64,000 nt of DNA, taken from positions 198,338,001 to 198,402,000 of the forward strand of contig OZ024742.1 of NCBI GenBank assembly GCA_964016885.1. The letters run 5' to 3'. A program made the position numbers and the translations under genes. The DNA comes from Eledone cirrhosa (Eukaryota). This document shows positions 50,801-64,000 of the stretch, one piece after another. Each line of letters opens with the position of its first letter. Within the stretch, counting starts at the first letter, position 1. The notes beneath the pieces are model-generated. The model did no database searches and was not told the DNA's origin. It saw nothing but the letters and a program-made list of their open reading frames with translations.

Positions 50801-53800
50801 GTCAGTGACCACATCAAATGTACCAACACATCAGTCAGTGACCACATATGTACCAATACATCAGTCAGTGACCACATGAAAGGTACCAACACATCAGTCA
50901 GTGACCACATGAAAGGTACCAACACATCAGTCAGTGACCACATGATATGCACCAACACATCAGTCAGTGACCACATGAAAGTTACCAACACATCAGTCAG
51001 TGACCACATGAGAGGTACCAACACATCCGTCAGTGACCACATGAAAGGTACCAACACATCAATCAGTGACCACATGAAAGGTACCAACACATCAGTAAGT
51101 GACCACATGAAAGCTACCAACACATCAGTCAGTGACCACATGATATGTACCAACACATCAGTCAATGACCACATGATATGTACCAACACATCAGTAAGTG
51201 ACCACAGGAAAGGTACCAACACATCAATCAGTGACCACATGAAAGGTACCAACACATCAGTCAGTGACCATATGAAAAGTACCAACACATCAGTCAGAGA
51301 CCACATGAAAGGTACCAACACATCAGTCAGTGACCACATTAAAGATACCTACACATCCGTCAGTGACCACATGATATGTACCAACACATCAATATGTGAC
51401 CATATGAAAGGTACCAACACATCAGTCAGTGACCACATGATATGTACCAACACATCAGTCAGTGACCACATGAAAGGCACCAACACATCAGTTAGTGACC
51501 ACATGAAAGGTACCAACAGATCAGTTAGTGACCACATGAAAGGAACCAACACATCAGTCAGTGACCACATGATATGTACCAACACATCAGTCAGTGACCA
51601 CATGAAAGGTACCAATACATCAGACAGTGACCACATGAAAGGTACCAACACATCAGTAAGTGACCACATGAAAGGTACCAACACATCAGTAAGTGACCAC
51701 ATGAAAGGTACCAACACATCAGTCAGTGACCACATAAAATATATCAACACATCAGTCAGTGACCACATGATATGCACCAACACATCAGTGACCACATGAA
51801 AGGTACCAACACATCAGTCAGTGACCACATGATATGTACCAACACATCAGTCAGTGACCACATGAAAGGTACCAACACATCAGTCAGTGACCACATGAAA
51901 GGTACCAACACATCAGTCAGTGACCACATGAAAGGTACCAACACATCAGTCAGTGACCACATGAGAGGTACCAACACATCCATCAGTGACCACATGAAAG
52001 GTACCAACACATCAATCAGTGACCACATGAAAGGTACCAACACATCAGTAAGTGACCACATGAAAGGTACCAACACATCAGTAAGTGACCACATGAAAGG
52101 CACCAACACATCAGTTAGTGACCACATGAAAGGTACCAACACATCAGTCAGTGACCACATGAAATGTACCAACACATCAGTCAGTGACCACATGATATGT
52201 ACCAACACATCAGTCAGTGACCACATGAAAGGTACCAACACATCAGTCAGTGACCACATGAAAGGTACCAACACATCAGTCAGTGACCACATGATATGCA
52301 CCAACACATCAGTCAGTGACCACATGAAAGTTAACAACACATCAGTCAGTGACCACATGAGAGGTACCAACACATCCGTCAGTGACCACATGAAGGGTAC
52401 CAACACATCAATCAGTGACCACATGAAAGGTACCAACACATCAGTAAGTGACCACATGAAAGGTACCAACACATCAACCAGTGACCACATGATATGTACC
52501 AAAACATCAGTCAGTGACCACATGATATGTGCCAACACATCAGTAAGTGACCACATGAAAGGCACCAACACATCAGTTAGTGACCACATGAAAGGTACCA
52601 ACACATCAGTCAGTGACCACATGAAAGGTACCAACACATCAGTCAGTGACCACATGAAAGGTACCAACACATCAGTCAGTGAGCACATGATATGTACCAA
52701 CACATCAGTCAGTGACCACAGGAAAGGTACCAACACATCAATCAGTGACCACATGAAAGGTACCAACACATCAGTCAGTGACCACATGAAAGGTACCAAC
52801 ACATCAGTCAGTGACCATATGAAACGTACCAACACATCAGTCAGTGACCACATGAAAGGTACCAACACATCAGTCAGTGACCACATGAAAGGTACCAACA
52901 CATCAGTCAGTGACCACATATGTACCAACACATCAGTCAGTGACCACATGATATGTACTAACATCAGTAAGTGACCACATGAAAGGTACCAACACATCAG
53001 TCAGTGACCACGTGAGAGGTACCAACACATCCGTCAGTGACCACATGAAAGGTACCAACACATCAGTCAGTGACCACATATGTACCAACACATCAGTAAG
53101 TGACCATTGAAAGGTACAAACACATCAGTCAGTGACCACATGAAAGGTACCAACACATCAGTCAGTGATCACATGAAAGGTACCAACACATCAGTCAGTG
53201 ACCACATGATATGTACCAACACATCAGTCAGTGACCACATGAAAGGTACCAACACATCAATCAGTGACCACATGAAAGGTACCAACACATCAGTGACCGC
53301 ATGAAAGGTACCAACACATCAGTCAGGGACCACATATGTACCAACACATCAGTCAGTGACCACATGATATGTACCAACACGTCAGTTAGTGACCACATGA
53401 TATGCACCAACACATCAGTCAGTGACCACATGAAAGGTACCAACACATCAGTAAGTGACCAAATGAAAGGCACCAACACATCAGTTAGTGACCACATGAA
53501 AGGTACCAACACATCAGTCAGTGACCACATGAAATGTACCAACACATCAGTCAGTGACCACATGATATGTACCAACACATCAGTCAGTGACCACATGAAA
53601 GGTACCAATACATCAGACAGTGACCACATGAAAGGTACCAACACATCAGTAAGTGACCACATGAAAGGTACCAACACATCAGTAAGTGACCACATGAAAG
53701 GTACCAACACATCAGTCAGTGACCACATAAAATATATCAACACATCAGTCAGTGACCACATGATATGCACCAACACATCAGTGACCACATGAAAGGTACC

Positions 53801-56800
53801 AACACATCAGTCAGTGACCACATGATATGTACCAACACATCAGTCAGTGACCACATGAAAGGTACCAACACATCAGTCAATGACCACATGAAAGGTACCA
53901 ACACATCAGTCAGTGACCACATGAAAGGTACCAACACATCAGTCAGTGACCACATGAGAGGTACCAACACATCCATCAGTGACCACATGAAAGGTACCAA
54001 CACATCAATCAGTGACCACATGAAAGGTACCAACACATCAGTAAGTGACCACATGAAAGGTACCAACACATCAGTAAGTGACCACATGAAAGGCACCAAC
54101 ACATCAGTTAGTGACCACATGAAAGGTACCAACACATCAGTCAGTGACCACATGAAATGTACCAACACATCAGTCAGTGACCACATGATATGTACCAACA
54201 CATCAGTCAGTGACCACATGAAAGGTACCAACACATCAGTCAGTGACCACATGAAAGGTACCAACACATCAGTCAGTGACCACATGATATGCACCAACAC
54301 ATCAGTCAGTGACCACATGAAAGTTACCAACACATCAGTCAGTGACCACATGAGAGGTACCAACACATCCGTCAGTGACCACATGAAGGGTACCAACACA
54401 TCAATCAGTGACCACATGAAAGGTACCAACACATCAGTAAGTGACCACATGAAAGGTACCAACACATCAACCAGTGACCACATGATATGTACCAACACAT
54501 CAGTCAGTGACCACATGAAAGGTACCAACACATCAGTCAGTGACCACATGAAGGGTACCAACACATCAGTCAGTGACCACATGATATGTACCAACACATC
54601 AGTAAGTGACCACATGAAAGGCACCAACACATCAGTTAGTGACCACATGAAAGGTACCAACACATCAGTCAGTGACCACATGAAAGGTACCAACACATCA
54701 GTCAGTGACCACATGAAAGGTACCAACACATCAGTCAGTGAGCACATGATATGTACCAACACATCAGTCAGTGACCACAGGAAAGGTACCAACACATCAA
54801 TCAGTGACCACATGAAAGGTACCAACACATCAGTCAGTGACCACATGAAAGGTACCAACACATCAGTCAGTGACCATATGAAAGGTACCAACACATCAGT
54901 CAGTGACCACATGAAAGGTACCAACACATAAGTCAGTGACCCCATGAAAGGTACCAACACATCAGTCAGTGACCACATGAAAGGTACCAACACATCAGTC
55001 AGTGACCACATGAAAGGTACCAACACATCAGTCAGTGACCACATGAAAGGTACCAACACATCAGTCAGTGACCACATGAAAGGTACCAACACATCAGTCA
55101 GTGACCACATGAAAGGTACCAACACATCAGGCAGTGACCACATGATATGTACCAACACATCAGTAAGTGATCACATGAAAGGTACCAACACATCAGTCAG
55201 TGACCACATGAAAGGTACCAACACATCAGTAAGTGACCACATGAAAGGTACCAACACATCAGTAAGTGACCACATGAAAGGTACCAACACATCAGTCAGT
55301 GACCACATATGTACCAACACATCAGTTAGTGACCACATGATATGCACCAACACATCAGTCAGTGACCACATGAAAGGTACCAACACATCAGTAAGTGACC
55401 ACATGAAAGGCACCAACACATCAGTTAGTGACCACATGAAAGGTACCAACACATCAGTAAGTGACCACATGAAAGGTACCAACACATCAGTCAGTGACCA
55501 CATATGTACCAACACATCAGTTAGTGACCACATGATATGCACCAACACATCAGTCAGTGACCACATGATATGTACCAACACATCAGTTAGTGACCACATG
55601 ATATGCACCAACACATCAGTCAGTGACCACATGAGAGGTACCAACACATCAGTAAGTGACCACATGAAAGGCACCAACACATCAGTTAGTGACCACATGA
55701 AAGGTACCAACACATCAATCAGTGACCACATGAAATGTACCAACACATCAGTCAGTGACCACATGAAAGGTACCAACACATCAGTCAGTGACCACATGAA
55801 AGGTACCAACACATCAGTCAGTGACCACATGATATGCACCAACACATCAGTCAGTGACCACATGAAAGTTACCAACACATCAGTCAGTGACCACATGAGA
55901 GGTACCAACACATCAGTCAGTGACCACATGAAAGTTACCAACACACCAGTCAGTGACCACATGAGAGGTACCAACACATCAATCAGTGACCACATGAAAG
56001 GTACCAACACATCAGTTAGTGACCACATGAAAGGTACCAACACATCAGTCAGTGATCACATGAAAGGTACCAACACATCAGTCAGTGACCACATATGTAC
56101 CAACACATCAGTCAGTGACCACATGATATGTACTAACATCAGTAAGTGACCACATGAAAGGTACCAACACATCAGTCAGTGACCACATGAGAGGTACCAA
56201 CACATCCGTCAGTGACCACATGAAAGGTACCAACACATCAGTCAGTGACCACATATGTACCAACACATCAGTAAGTGACCATTGAAAGGTACAAACACAT
56301 CAGTCAGTGACCACATGAAAGGTACCAACACATCAGTCAGTGATCACATGAAAGGTACCAACACATCAGTCAGTGACCACATGATATGTACCAACACATC
56401 AGTCAGTGACCACATGAAAGGTACCAACACATCAATCAGTGACCACATGAAAGCTACCAACACATCAGTGACCGCATGAAAGGTACCAACACATCAGTCA
56501 GGGACCACATATGTACCAACACATCAGTCAGTGACCACATGATATGTACCAACACGTCAGTTAGTGACCACATGATATGCACCAACACATCAGTCAGTGA
56601 CCACATGAAAGGTACCAACACATCAGTAAGTGACCACATGAAAGGCACCAACACATCAGTTAGTGACCACATGAAAGGTACCAACACATCAGTCAGTGAC
56701 CACATGAAATGTACCAACACATCAGTCAGTGACCACATGATATGTACCAACACATCAGTCAGTGACCACATGAAAGGTACCAACACATCAGTCAGTGACC

Positions 56801-59800
56801 ACATGATATGCACCAACACATCAGTCAGTGACCACATGAAAGTTACCAACACATCAGTGACCACATGAGAGGTACCAACACATCCGTCAGTGACCACATG
56901 AAAGGTACCAACACATCAGTAAGTGACCACATAAAAGGTACCAACACATCAGTCAGTGACCACATGATATGTACCAACACATCAGTCAGTGACCACATGA
57001 TATGTACCAACACATCAGTAAGTGACCACATGAAAGGCACCAACACATCAGTTAGTGACCACATGAAAGGTACCAACACATCAGTCAGTGACCACAGGAA
57101 AGGTACCAACACATCAATCAGTGACCACATGAAAGGTACCAACACATCAGTCAGTGACCACATGAAAGGTACCAACACATCAGTCAGTGACCATATGAAA
57201 GGTACCAACACATCAGTCAGTGACCACATGAAAGGTACCAACACATAAGTCAGTAACCCCATGAAAGTTACCAACACATCAGTCAGTGACCACATGAAAG
57301 GTACCAACACATCAGTCAGTGACCACATGAAAGGTACCAACACATCAGTCAGTGACCACATGAAAGGTACCAACACATCAGTCAGTGACCAGATGATATG
57401 AACCAACACATCCGTCAGTGACCACATGAAAGGTACCAACACATAAGTCAGTGACCCCATGAAAGGTACCAAAACATCAGTCAGTGACCACATGAAAGGT
57501 ACCAACACATCAGGCAGTGACCACATGATATGTACCAACACATCAGTAAGTGACCACATGAAAGGTACCAAAACATCAGTCAGTGACCACATGAAAGGTA
57601 CCAACACATCAGTAAGTGACCACATGAAAGGTACCAACACATCAGTAAGTGACCACATGAAAGGTACCAACACATCAGTCAGTGACCACATATGTACCAA
57701 CACATCAGTTAGTGACCACATGATATGCACCAACACATCAGTCAGTGACCACATGAAAGGTACCAACACATCAGTAAGTGACCACATGAAAGGCACCAAC
57801 ACATCAGTTAGTGACCACATGAAAGGTACCAACACATCAGTAAGTGACCACATGAAAGGTACCAACACATCAGTCAGTGACCACATATGTACCAGCACAT
57901 CAGTTAGTGACCACATGATATGCACCAACACATCAGTCAGTGACCACATGAAAGGTACCAACACATCAGTCAGTGACCACATGAAAGGTACCAACACATC
58001 AGTAAGTGACCACATGAAAGGTACCAACACATCAGTCAGTGATCACATGATATGTACCAACACATCAGTCAGTGACCACATTAAAGGTACCAACACATCA
58101 GTCAGTGACCACATGATATGTACCAACACATCAGTCAGTGACCACATGAAAGGTACCAACACATCAATCAGTGACCACATGAAAGGTACCAACACATCAG
58201 TGACCACATGAAAGGTACCAACACATCAGTCAGTGACCACATATGTACCAACACATCAGTCAGTGACCACATATGTACCAACACGTCAGTTAGTGACCAC
58301 ATGATATGCACCAACACATCAGTCAGTGACCACATGAAAGGTACCAACACATCAGTAAGTGACCACAGGAAAGGCACCAACACATCAGTTAGTGACCACA
58401 TGAAAGGTACCAACACATCAGTCAGTGACCACATGAAATGTACCAACACAACAGTCAGTGACCACATGATATGTACCAACACATCAGTCAGTGACCACAT
58501 GAAAGGTACCAACACATCAGTCAGTGACCACATGAAAGGTACCAACACATCAGTCAGTGACCACATGATATGCACCAACACATCAGTCAGTGACCACATG
58601 AAAGTTACCAACACATCCGTCAGTGACCACATGAAGGGTACCAACACATCAATCAGTGACCACATGAAAGGTACCAACACATCAGTAAGTGACCACATGA
58701 AAGGTACCAACACATCAACCAGTGACCACATGATATGTACCAAAACATCAGTCAGTGACCACATGATATGTACCAACACATCAGTAAGTGACCACATGAA
58801 AGGCACCAACACATCAGTTAGTGACCACATGAAAGGTACCAACACATCAGTCAGTGACCACATGAAAGGTACCAACACATCAGTAAGTGACCACATGAAA
58901 GGTACCAACACATCAGTAAGTGACCACATGAAAGGTACCAACACATCAGTCAGTGACCACATATGTACCAACACATCAGTTAGTGACCACATGATATGCA
59001 CCAACACATCAGTCAGTGACCACATGAAAGGTACCAACACATCAGTAAGTGACCACATGAAAGGCACCAACACATCAGTTAGTGACCACATGAAAGGTAC
59101 CAACACATCAGTCAGTGACCACATGAAAGGTACCAACACATCAGTCAGTGACCACATGAAAGGTACCAACACATCAGTCAGTGACCACATGAGAGGTACC
59201 AACACATCCATCAGTGACCACATGAAAGGTACCAACACATCAATCAGTGACCACATGAAAGGTACCAACACATCAGTAAGTGACCACATGAAAGGTACCA
59301 ACACATCAGTAAGTGACCACATGAAAGGCACCAACACATCAGTTAGTGACCACATGAAAGGTACCAACACATCAGTCAGTGACCACATGAAATGTACCAA
59401 CACATCAGTCAGTGACCACATGATATGTACCAACACATCAGTCAGTGACCACATGAAAGGTACCAACACATCAGTCAGTGACCACATGAAAGGTACCAAC
59501 ACATCAGTCAGTGACCACATGATATGCACCAACACATCAGTCAGTGACCACATGAAAGTTAACAACACATCAGTCAGTGACCACATGAGAGGTACCAACA
59601 CATCCGTCAGTGACCACATGAAGGGTACCAACACATCAATCAGTGACCACATGAAAGGTACCAACACATCAGTAAGTGACCACATGAAAGGTACCAACAC
59701 ATCAACCAGTGACCACATGATATGTACCAAAACATCAGTCAGTGACCACATGATATGTACCAACACATCAGTAAGTGACCACATGAAAGGCACCAACACA

Positions 59801-62800
59801 TCAGTTAGTGACCACATGAAAGGTACCAACACATCAGTCAGTGACCACATGAAAGGTACCAACACATCAGTCAGTGACCACATGAAAGGTACCAACACAT
59901 CAGTCAGTGAGCACATGATATGTACCAACACATCAGTCAGTGACCACAGGAAAGGTACCAACACATCAATCAGTGACCACATGAAAGGTACCAACACATC
60001 AGTCAGTGACCACATGAAAGGTACCAACACATCAGTCAGTGACCATATGAAACGTACCAACACATCAGTCAGTGACCACATGAAAGGTACCAACACATCA
60101 GTCAGTGACCACATGAAAGATACCAACACATCAGTCAGTGACCACATGAAAGGTACCAACACATCAGTCAGTGACCACATGAAAGGTACCAACACATCAG
60201 GCAGTGACCACATGATATGTAGCAACACATCAGTAAGTGATCACATGAAAGGTACCAACACATCAGTCAGTGACCACATGAAAGGTACCAACACATCAGT
60301 AAGTGACCACATAAAAGGTACCAACACATCAGTAAGTGACCACATGAAAGGTACCAACACATCAGTCAGTGACCACATATGTACCAACACATCAGTTAGT
60401 GACCACATGATATGCACCAACACATCAGTCAGTGACCACATGAAAGGTACCAACACATCAGTAAGTGACCACATGAAAGGCACCAACACATCAGTTAGTG
60501 ACCACATGAAAGGTACCAACACATCAGTAAGTGACCACATGAAAGGTACCAACACATCAGTCAGTGACCACATATGTACCAACACATCAGTTAGTGACCA
60601 CATGATATGCACCAACACATCAGTCAGTGACCACATGATATGTACCAACACATCAGTTAGTGACCACATGATATGCACCAACACATCAGTCAGTGACCAC
60701 ATGAGAGGTACCAACACATCAGTAAGTGACCACATGAAAGGCACCAAAACATCAGTTAGTGACCACATGAAAGGTACCAACACATCAATCAGTGACCACA
60801 TGAAATGTACCAACACATCAGTCAGTGACCACATGAAAGGTACCAACACATCAGTCAGTGACCACATGAAAGGTACCAACACATCAGTCAGTGACCACAT
60901 GATATGCACCAACACATCAGTCAGTGACCACATGAAAGTTACCAACACATCAGTCAGTGACCACATGAGAGGTACCAACACATCCGTCAGTGACCACATG
61001 ATATGCACCAACACATCAGTCAGTGACCACATGAAAGTTACCAACACACCAGTCAGTGACCACATGAGAGGTACCAACACATCAATCAGTGACCACATGA
61101 AAGGTACCAACACATCAGTTAGTGACCACATGAAAGGTACCAACACATCAGTCAGTGACCACATGAAAGGTACCAACACATCAGTCAGTGACCACATATG
61201 TACCAACACATCAGTCAGTGACCACATGATATGTACTAACATCAGTAAGTGACCACATGAAAGGTACCAACACATCAGTCAGTGACCACGTGAGAGGTAC
61301 CAACACATCCGTCAGTGACCACATGAAAGGTACCAACACATCAGTCAGTGACCACATATGTACCAACACATCAGTAAGTGACCATTGAAAGGTACAAACA
61401 CATCAGTCAGTGACCACATGAAAGGTACCAACACATCAGTCAGTGATCACATGAAAGGTACCAACACATCAGTCAGTGACCACATGATATGTACCAACAC
61501 ATCAGTCAGTGACCACATGAAAGGTACCAACACATCAATCAGTGACCACATGAAAGGTACCAACACATCAGTGACCGCATGAAAGGTACCAACACATCAG
61601 TCAGGGACCACATATGTACCAACACATCAGTCAGTGACCACATGATATGTACCAACACGTCAGTTAGTGACCACATGATATGCACCAACACATCAGTCAG
61701 TGACCACATGAAAGGTACCAACACATCAGTAAGTGACCAAATGAAAGGCACCAACACATCAGTTAGTGACCACATGAAAGGTACCAACACATCAGTCAGT
61801 GACCACATGAAATGTACCAACACATCAGTCAGTGACCACATGATATGTACCAACACATCAGTCAGTGACCACATGAAAGGTACCAATACATCAGACAGTG
61901 ACCACATGAAAGGTACCAACACATCAGTAAGTGACCACATGAAAGGTACCAACACATCAGTAAGTGACCACATGAAAGGTACCAACACATCAGTCAGTGA
62001 CCACATAAAATATATCAACACATCAGTCAGTGACCACCTGATATGCACCAACACATCAGTGACCACATGAAAGGTACCAACACATCAGTCAGTGACCACA
62101 TGATATGTACCAACACATCAGTCAGTGACCACATGAAAGGTACCAACACATCAGTCAGTGACCACATGAAAGGTACCAACACATCAGTCAGTGACCACAT
62201 GAAAGGTACCAACACATCAGTCAGTGACCACATGAGAGGTACCAACACATCCATCAGTGACCACATGAAAGGTACCAACACATCAATCAGTGACCACATG
62301 AAAGGTACCAACACATCAGTAAGTGACCACATGAAAGGTACCAACACATCAGTAAGTGACCACATGAAAGGCACCAACACATCAGTTAGTGACCACATGA
62401 AAGGTACCAACACATCAGTCAGTGACCACATGAAATGTACCAACACATCAGTCAGTGACCACATGATATGTACCAACACATCAGTCAGTGACCACATGAA
62501 AGGTACCAACACATCAGTCAGTGACCACATGAAAGGTACCAACACATCAGTCAGTGACCACATGATATGCACCAACACATCAGTCAGTGACCACATGAAA
62601 GTTACCAACACATCAGTCAGTGACCACATGAGAGGTACCAACACATCCGTCAGTGACCACATGAAGGGTACCAACACATCAATCAGTGACCACATGAAAG
62701 GTACCAACACATCAGTAAGTGACCACATGAAAGGTACCAACACATCAACCAGTGACCACATGATATGTACCAACACATCAGTCAGTGACCACATGAAAGG

Positions 62801-64000
62801 TACCAACACATCAGTCAGTGACCACATGAAGGGTACCAACACATCAGTCAGTGACCACATGATATGTACCAACACATCAGTAAGTGACCACATGAAAGGC
62901 ACCAACACATCAGTTAGTGACCACATGAAAGGTACCAACACATCAGTCAGTGACCACATGAAAGGTACCAACACATCAGTCAGTGACCACATGAAAGGTA
63001 CCAACACATCAGTCAGTGAGCACATGATATGTACCAACACATCAGTCAGTGACCACAGGAAAGGTACCAACACATCAATCAGTGACCACATGAAAGGTAC
63101 CAACACATCAGTCAGTGACCACATGAAAGGTACCAACACATCAGTCAGTGACCATATGAAAGGTACCAACACATCAGTCAGTGACCACATGAAAGGTACC
63201 AACACATAAGTCAGTGACCCCATGAAAGGTACCAACACATCAGTCAGTGACCACATGAAAGGTACCAACACATCAGTCAGTGACCACATGAAAGGTACCA
63301 ACACATCAGTCAGTGACCACATGAAAGGTACCAACACATCAGTCAGTGACCACATGAAAGGTACCAACACATCAGTCAGTGACCACATGAAAGGTACCAA
63401 CACATCAGGCAGTGACCACATGATATGTACCAACACATCAGTAAGTGATCACATGAAAGGTACCAACACATCAGTCAGTGACCACATGAAAGGTACCAAC
63501 ACATCAGTAAGTGACCACATGAAAGGTACCAACACATCAGTAAGTGACCACATGAAAGGTACCAACACATCAGTCAGTGACCACATATGTACCAACACAT
63601 CAGTTAGTGACCACATGATATGCACCAACACATCAGTCAGTGACCACATGAAAGGTACCAACACATCAGTAAGTGACCACATGAAAGGCACCAACACATC
63701 AGTTAGTGACCACATGAAAGGTACCAACACATCAGTAAGTGACCACATGAAAGGTACCAACACATCAGGCAGTGACCACATGATATGTACCAACACATCA
63801 GTAAGTGACCACATGAAAGGTACCAAAACATCAGTCAGTGACCACATGAAAGGTACCAACACATCAGTAAGTGACCACATGAAAGGTACCAACACATCAG
63901 TAAGTGACCACATGAAAGGTACCAACACGTCAGTCAGTGACCACATATGTACCAACACATCAGTTAGTGACCACATGATATGCACCAACACATCAGTCAG
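44803..64000. repeat. 33-bp satellite array (~580 monomers, continues beyond the right edge)
   Basis: Consensus is GACCACATGAAAGGTACCAACACATCAGTCAGT. Two major monomer types (AAAGGT and ATATGT) occur, plus 30-bp and 29-bp deletion variants. A degenerate lead-in lies at ~44775-44803. Confidence 0.99.

Noticed and set aside
44766-63991. Dozens of long ORFs (MKGTNTSVSDH and MWSLTDVLVPF repeats) as protein-coding genes
   Set aside because: They follow from a 33-bp monomer with no stop in those frames. They are open on both strands, broken by frameshifting deletions, lack any unique domain or signal peptide, and lie in an inferred IPO11 intron.

Overview
This is eukaryotic genomic DNA, most likely from an octopus-type cephalopod (inferred from the interspersed repeats). 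About 90% of the window is two satellite arrays. The first has an 83-bp monomer and spans 1-38478 (about 460 copies, open at the left edge). The second has a 33-bp monomer and spans ~44803-64000 (about 580 copies, open at the right edge). Between them is a ~6.3-kb island with three minus-strand coding exons (44132-44221, 40227-40382, 38924-38964) that splice in frame into an internal part of importin-11 (IPO11), so both arrays appear to be intronic. The island is packed with mobile elements: a 5'-truncated but uninterrupted RTE-clade LINE with a PHD finger inside its RT domain, older RTE fragments, RTE-tail SINE-like copies, tRNA-derived SINEs, a hAT-type MITE and a TTAA/piggyBac-type MITE. 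The most notable observation is that the 83-bp satellite runs directly into, and aligns with, the RTE coding fragment it came from. A 48-bp retroelement UTR segment has also been tandemly amplified at several separate sites in the island. The long ORFs in the 33-bp array are best explained as artefacts of a stop-free monomer. No CRISPR, rRNA, true tRNA or prokaryotic system is supported.
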